DNA of 48,116 nt, taken from the IMG/VR virus record IMGVR_UViG_3300032095_000040, positions 1 to 48,116 of that record; one strand, 5' to 3'. The DNA comes from a virus. Lineage: Duplodnaviria > Caudoviricetes. The first letter of the stretch is position 1. Every line of letters starts with the position of its first letter. The translations under genes and the position numbers were made by a program. Below, in pieces: positions 42,934 through 48,116 of this stretch. The notes under the pieces were generated by a model. That model was not told the DNA's origin. It saw only the letters and a program-made list of their open reading frames with translations, and did no database searches.

Positions 42934-44781
42934 ATGATCCGCGATCAGTTCCTGCTGGACATCAGCCATGAGCTGATCGTCGACAACTTCGCCGGCGGCG
43001 GTGGCGCGAGCTGCGGCATCGAGCTTGCACTCGGCCGGCACGTCGACATCGCCATCAACCACGATCCCGAAGCCGTGGCGATGCACGCGATCAACCATCC
43101 GCAGACCGAGCACCATTGCGAGAGCGTGTGGGACGTTGATCCGCTCAAGCTGACCCGCGGCCGCCCTGTCGGCCTGGCGTGGTTCTCGCCGGACTGTAAG
43201 CACTTCTCCAAGGCGAAGGGCGGCAAGCCGCGCGACAAGAACATTCGAGGCTTGGCCTTTGTGAAGCTCCGCTGGGCGCTGCTGGTGCGCCCCCGCGTGA
43301 TGTTCCTGGAGAACGTCGAGGAATTCGTGACATGGGGCCCGCTCATCGAACTGAGCACCGGCGAACAGCATCCCGATCCAGATCGGAAGGGCGAAACCTT
43401 CAATGGCTTCGTCGCGATGCTCACCACCGGCATCGCGGCGGACCACCCTGCCTTCCTTGAGGCCTGCGAGGTCTTGGGCCTCGCGGTGGACAACCCGATG
43501 GCGCAGCGGCTCCGGAACGGCTTGGGCTACACGGTCGAATGGCGCGAGCTGCGCGCCTGCGACTACGGCGCGCCGACTATCCGCAAACGCCTGTTCCTCA
43601 TCGCGCGCTGCGACGGCCAGCCCATCATCTGGCCGGAGCCTACCCACGGCGCCCCGGGCAGCGCCGAGGTGAAGGCTCGCAAGCGCAAGCCGTGGCGGAC
43701 GGCGGCAGAGTGCATCGACTGGTCGATCCCCTGCCCGTCCATCTTCGAGCGCAAGCGCCCGCTGGCCGAGGCCACACAGCGCCGTATCGCGCGCGGTCTG
43801 CGCCGCTACGTGATCGACGCGGCCGAGCCTTTTGTCGTGCAGTACCGATACAACCCCGACACTGGCCTTTTCGCTCCGCATCTGACGAAGTTCCGCACCG
43901 GCTCAACCGGCGCCGACCTGCGCGACCCGATGCCGACAATCACCGCCGGGCCGAAGGAGAATCCCGCCGGCGCGCCGCACGCGCTTGGCATTGTCGCCCC
44001 GACGCTGGTGCAGACCGGATACGGCGAGCGGGCCGGCCAGGCGCCGCGCGCGCCAGGTCTGGACAAGCCGCTCGGCACCGTGGTGGCCGGCGGCGCCAAG
44101 CACGCACTGGTCTCGGCCTTCCTTGCGAAGCACTACGGCGGGAACTATGACGGCCCGGGCGTCGCCCTGCAGGAGCCGGCCAGCACGATCACCACCACCG
44201 ACCACCATGCCTTGGTGTCGGCGCAGCTTGTCGGCTGCGGCGGCCGTGCCGGCCAAAGCCGCCCACGGGACGCCGGCGAGCCGATGCAGACGATCACGGC
44301 GAAGGGCGACACGGCCATAGCGACGTCCCACCTGGTGAAGCTGCGCGGCGACTGCACGGGCAGCGCCACAGACGCGCCGGCGCCGACCGTAACGGCAGGC
44401 GGCACGCACATCGGCGAGGTGCGGGCCTTCCTGGTGAAGTACTACAGCGAGGGCGGCCAGGATCAGGACTGCCGCGACCCGATGCACACCATCCCGACCA
44501 AGGACCGGCTCGGCCTGGTGACCGTGGCCGGCGAGCAATACCAGATTGCGGACATCGGCATGCGCATGCTGGAGCCGCACGAGCTCTACGCCGCGCAGGG
44601 GTTCCCGAGCAGCTACGTGATCGCGCCGGTCATCGATGGCCGCCCGCTGCCGAAGCACGCTCAGGTGCGGATGTGTGGCAACAGCGTGAGTCCGCCGATG
44701 GCTGCTGCGCTGGTGCGTGCGAACGTAGCTGACTTGGCCGTCTGGTCGGCGCGCGAAGTGAAGATGGGAGTGGCAGCGTGA
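42934..44781 (+). CDS. C5 DNA cytosine methyltransferase
   Basis: DNFAGGGG, SPDCKHFS, ENV, TIRKRLF, QGFP, GNSV. Confidence 0.92.
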   Translation: MIRDQFLLDISHELIVDNFAGGGGASCGIELALGRHVDIAINHDPEAVAMHAINHPQTEHHCESVWDVDPLKLTRGRPVGLAWFSPDCKHFSKAKGGKPRDKNIRGLAFVKLRWALLVRPRVMFLENVEEFVTWGPLIELSTGEQHPDPDRKGETFNGFVAMLTTGIAADHPAFLEACEVLGLAVDNPMAQRLRNGLGYTVEWRELRACDYGAPTIRKRLFLIARCDGQPIIWPEPTHGAPGSAEVKARKRKPWRTAAECIDWSIPCPSIFERKRPLAEATQRRIARGLRRYVIDAAEPFVVQYRYNPDTGLFAPHLTKFRTGSTGADLRDPMPTITAGPKENPAGAPHALGIVAPTLVQTGYGERAGQAPRAPGLDKPLGTVVAGGAKHALVSAFLAKHYGGNYDGPGVALQEPASTITTTDHHALVSAQLVGCGGRAGQSRPRDAGEPMQTITAKGDTAIATSHLVKLRGDCTGSATDAPAPTVTAGGTHIGEVRAFLVKYYSEGGQDQDCRDPMHTIPTKDRLGLVTVAGEQYQIADIGMRMLEPHELYAAQGFPSSYVIAPVIDGRPLPKHAQVRMCGNSVSPPMAAALVRANVADLAVWSAREVKMGVAA

Positions 44782-44825
44782 GCCTTTTGCGGATTGACAC
44801 CAATGTACAAAGCGCTGCAGTGCAA

Positions 44826-45428
44826 TTACCGCGCTGCGGGCTGGCTCGTGGTAGCCGCCGGATCGGTGGCAAACAGTTTATCGGCAAGAGAACCAAGAAG
44901 CCGATTTGCCAACTCGACATAGCGTTCGACTTGATCTGGCGAGATCGAAAGCTGACTGTGCGCGGCCATGTTGCGGAGCGCTCGCAGTTCACTGAACCAG
45001 CCGGCCTGCTCCGACGTAATGAGTTCGCGTCGGAGAAGCTCCTTGCCCAGTTGGTGCGAATTCAGCGAAATGACGTACAGGCGATTCGCGCCTGGGCTTC
45101 GGGAAATAAGGGTACGCGCAGCCGCCTCGATCTCCTTCCATTTTTCCATGACGACGCCAGTCGGATTCGCGCGCAGTGCCGTCGTATCAACGGGAAGAGT
45201 GGGCTGTACAACAGGGGATGTGCCTGCATTCGCATCAAGTTCCGGATCAACTTCGAGTTTCTCCAGCTTCGATTCAAACTCGGCCTCCAGCCCGCCTGGG
45301 AACGAGAGCTTTTTCAGGGCGGGGGCCAGCGCAAGAAGTTGCTTCTTAAATGTCTTGACGATAACCAGTACCGCAACAGGCCAAGCGACGGCTTCTATCA
45401 GCTTGGAGATAAAAGTGAGCCAATCCAT
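44826..45428 (-). CDS. N-terminal membrane anchor + HEPN-like (Rx4H) domain protein
   Basis: MDWLTFISKLIEAVAWP TM; C-terminal LRALRNMAAH in helical context; GGGAG RBS. Confidence 0.78.
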   Translation of the reverse strand: MDWLTFISKLIEAVAWPVAVLVIVKTFKKQLLALAPALKKLSFPGGLEAEFESKLEKLEVDPELDANAGTSPVVQPTLPVDTTALRANPTGVVMEKWKEIEAAARTLISRSPGANRLYVISLNSHQLGKELLRRELITSEQAGWFSELRALRNMAAHSQLSISPDQVERYVELANRLLGSLADKLFATDPAATTSQPAAR

Positions 45429-45473
45429 CTTCTCCCGTCCTTTCCATCTTTTTTGGGAACGGCGAATCCTAGC

Positions 45474-46103
45474 ATGACCAAAGAACGCCCCATTCTCTTC
45501 TCCGGCGCCATGGTGCGCGCCATTCTCGACGGCCGGAAGACGCAGACGCGGCGGGTCGTGAAGCCGCAGCCGCCGGCTGGCACACGCGAGGTCGGCATCT
45601 ACCACTACCCTAGCGATCGCGACTGCTTCTACCCCTTCGACGGCGGCAGCATTATCGGTGGCTGGGCGCAGCATTGCCCTTACGGCCAGCCTGGCGACCG
45701 CCTGTGGGTACGCGAAACGTGGGGTTTCAACCCAGACTTCCCTGGGGTGCACAACCAAGCCTGCTACCGCGCCGATCGGGGGCACGAGTACGACGGCATC
45801 CGTTGGCGCCCGAGCATCCACATGCCGCGCACGGCGTGCCGGCTGGTGCTTGAGGTCACCGGCGTGCGGGTCGAACGCCTGCAGGACATCAGCTACGAAG
45901 ACGCCATTGCCGAGGGAATGTTCGACCCGGGCACCATCGAGAGCACGTATCCGCTGACAGGCGAGACCGGAGAGCAGCTCGGCCGCAGGCTCGGCCACCC
46001 GCAACGGAGCTTCGCCATCCTCTGGGAGGAACTGAACGGCGCCGGCGCGTGGGCAGCGAACCCCTGGGTCTGGGTGATCGAATTTCCGAGGATCAACGGA
46101 TGA
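45474..46103 (+). CDS. ASCH/PUA-like phage protein
   Basis: ERPILF...MVRAIL.GRKTQTRR, CPYG..GDRLWVRE, WRPSIHMPR, VERLQDIS, NPWVWVIEF. Confidence 0.85.
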   Translation: MTKERPILFSGAMVRAILDGRKTQTRRVVKPQPPAGTREVGIYHYPSDRDCFYPFDGGSIIGGWAQHCPYGQPGDRLWVRETWGFNPDFPGVHNQACYRADRGHEYDGIRWRPSIHMPRTACRLVLEVTGVRVERLQDISYEDAIAEGMFDPGTIESTYPLTGETGEQLGRRLGHPQRSFAILWEELNGAGAWAANPWVWVIEFPRING

Positions 46104-46762
46104 CGCGATACCCCTTGGCATGGCCAGAAGGCTGGCCGCGCAAGACGGCTGCTCAGCGCAGCGAGGCTCGGTTCGGAAAGGGCGAGCGCCGGACGGTGCG
46201 GTATTCCGATGGCGGCGAGTCATCGTGGGTCACCAGAAAGGCCCTGACCGTCAGCGATGGCGTACGGCGGGTGCTGGCCGAGCTCGAGCGCTTCGGCATC
46301 CGCGAGGGCGACACGATCATCAGTACGAACGTGCCGACCCGGCTGGATGGCTTGCCACGTTCCAGCGCGCGCGAGCCCATCGACCCCGGTGTCGCCGTCT
46401 ACTGGCAGGAGCGCAGCGGCGCGCGGCGCGTCATGGCGATCGACCGGTACACCACAGTGGCCGACAACCTGGCGGCCGTTGCGGCCACGCTGGAGGCCAT
46501 GCGCGCCATTGAGCGGCACGGCGGTGCGCAGATCCTCGATCGCGCCTTTACTGGATTCACGGCCCTGCCATCGCCCGGCGCGCCGCGGAGCTGGCGGGAG
46601 ATTATCGGCGTGCCGCCGGGGGAGCGCGATATCAGCGTGATCCGCGCGGCGTATCGCCGGCGCGCTCAAGATGCGCACCCAGACCGCGGCGGCTCGCACG
46701 ACGCCATGGCCGAACTGACGACCGCTATGCGGACTGCAGAGGGAGCAGCATGGACACGCTGA
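46100..46762 (+). CDS. phage protein with C-terminal J-domain
   Basis: YPL.WP.GW, DPGVAVY, AYRRRA..AHPDRGG. Confidence 0.85.
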   Translation: MTRYPLAWPEGWPRKTAAQRSEARFGKGERRTVRYSDGGESSWVTRKALTVSDGVRRVLAELERFGIREGDTIISTNVPTRLDGLPRSSAREPIDPGVAVYWQERSGARRVMAIDRYTTVADNLAAVAATLEAMRAIERHGGAQILDRAFTGFTALPSPGAPRSWREIIGVPPGERDISVIRAAYRRRAQDAHPDRGGSHDAMAELTTAMRTAEGAAWTR

Positions 46763-46971
46763 CCATGACCGAATCGGAAATTTACGAGGTGACCGGATAC
46801 AAGCAGCCGGCGCGCCAGCGCCGCTACTTCGAGAGACTGGGCATCCCTGTGCATACCAGGCCAGACGGTAGCGTCAGCGTCTGCCGGCACCACTATCTCG
46901 AGCTCAAGACGCGTGCCGAGGCGAAATCCGAACGCGTCCCGCAACTGAAATTCCTTCGCAAGGCAGCATGA
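46750..46971 (+). CDS. excisionase-like protein (DUF4224-like)
   Basis: E..E.TGY.....Q......GI.....DG; directly upstream of the integrase. Confidence 0.8.
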   Translation: MDTLTMTESEIYEVTGYKQPARQRRYFERLGIPVHTRPDGSVSVCRHHYLELKTRAEAKSERVPQLKFLRKAA

Positions 46972-48116
46972 ACCGCCCCCGCAAGAACGGCAAACACCTG
47001 CCGCGCCGCATGGTGGAAAACCACGGCGCCTACTATCTGCTCGTGCCGGCCGGCTTCCGGCGCAACAAGCATGTCCGCCTCGGCCCTGTGCGAGCCGAAG
47101 GCAAGACCGAACAGCAGTGCTTGGCTGACGCCTTGAAGGCCTACGCCGACCGCATCGCCGAGGCCGACAAGCCGCGAGGCTCGATGGTTACCTTGGTCAA
47201 TGACTGGCAGGCCAAGGTCATGCCAAAGTATGCGGAGAAAACCCGACTCGAATACAAGCGGATGACCGACATCGTCAAGGACGAGTTCGAAGAATACGAC
47301 GTCGACGAGGTGCGGCCCTCCATCATCGCCACCTTCCTTGATGGGAAGTTCGGCGACAAGCCCAACATGGCCAACAAGTACAAGGCCTTGCTGTCGCTGC
47401 TATTCGGGTTCGCAGTCCGCCGCGGCTTGCGCGATGACAACCCATGCCGAGACATCCGCGGCATGGCCGAGCCCAAGCGGTGGCGGTACATCACCGATGA
47501 CGAGCTGCGCCGAGTGCGCGCGGCTGCCATGGTGGGCCGCGACGGGGAAGCGACCGAGAGCGGCCCAATGATTGTCTGCCTGATCGACCTTGCCGTCATC
47601 ACCGGCCAGCGGATCGGCGACCTCCTTGCGCTGCGCCGGGGTGATGTCCGGCCGGAAGGCATTATCTTCCGCCCATCGAAAACAAGCGGCAGTACCGGCG
47701 TGACGGTCCCAGTCAAGATGACACCGCAGCTTCGGGACGTGCTCGCGCGTGCGAACAGCATCGCCGGCGGGGACGATGACGGTGCGCAGGTGAAAGGCCT
47801 GACGGTGATCCACACCACGACCGGCAAGCCCTACACCTACGCTGGCGCGCAGACTGCATGGAAGCGTGCCATTGCCCGGGCGCGCGAGGCCTACGAAAAG
47901 GAATGCGTCGAAGCTGGCGTCCAGCCCGTTGCAGGATTCCTGCAGAACATGCACTTTCACGATCTGCGTCGAAAGTCATTGACCGACGCAAAGGCTCAGG
48001 GCAAGGATCCGCAGAAGCTCGGTGGCCACACGGATCCGAAGATGACGGCACGGTATCTGGAGCAGGTGGAGATCGAGTGGCTCGAGCCGACCCAGATGGC
48101 GAATTTTGCCGGCTGA
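46968..48116 (+). CDS. int: tyrosine recombinase (phage integrase)
   Basis: TGQRIGD, K, HFHDLRR, GGH...MT..Y catalytic residues intact. Confidence 0.95.
   Translation: MNRPRKNGKHLPRRMVENHGAYYLLVPAGFRRNKHVRLGPVRAEGKTEQQCLADALKAYADRIAEADKPRGSMVTLVNDWQAKVMPKYAEKTRLEYKRMTDIVKDEFEEYDVDEVRPSIIATFLDGKFGDKPNMANKYKALLSLLFGFAVRRGLRDDNPCRDIRGMAEPKRWRYITDDELRRVRAAAMVGRDGEATESGPMIVCLIDLAVITGQRIGDLLALRRGDVRPEGIIFRPSKTSGSTGVTVPVKMTPQLRDVLARANSIAGGDDDGAQVKGLTVIHTTTGKPYTYAGAQTAWKRAIARAREAYEKECVEAGVQPVAGFLQNMHFHDLRRKSLTDAKAQGKDPQKLGGHTDPKMTARYLEQVEIEWLEPTQMANFAG

Overview
The window is essentially one apparently intact temperate prophage (about 247 to just past 48116) in GC-rich DNA, probably of a betaproteobacterial host (inference). 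It integrated into the 3' half of a tRNA-Pro(GGG) gene: the duplicated 3' fragment and host terminator lie at 207-291 and the tyrosine integrase is at the right end. It has lambdoid control (cI/cro with AAAC-N5-GTTT operators, O-like initiator with internal iterons, DnaB, NinB, Q-like protein with PR'/tR') and a contractile-tail structural module (TerS/TerL, portal, capsid, sheath, tube, frameshifted chaperone, tape measure, baseplate, short fibre). A P22 immI-like antirepressor module (mnt/arc/sar-like/ant) and a lysis cassette with two spanin-like pairs follow. The most notable accessory elements are: a SAM-methyltransferase moron in the usual O-antigen-conversion slot beside the tail fibre; a membrane-anchored HEPN-motif protein and a second membrane protein inserted antisense in the early operon, with a shared promoter design and coupled 'bridge' ORFs; a Zn-ribbon/membrane gene pair at the rexAB position; two tandem tRNA-sized structured elements with shared boundaries at 40748-40925; and candidate sRNAs plus a LexA-box gene near att. 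Family names come from motif recognition and gene order, not from database searches.
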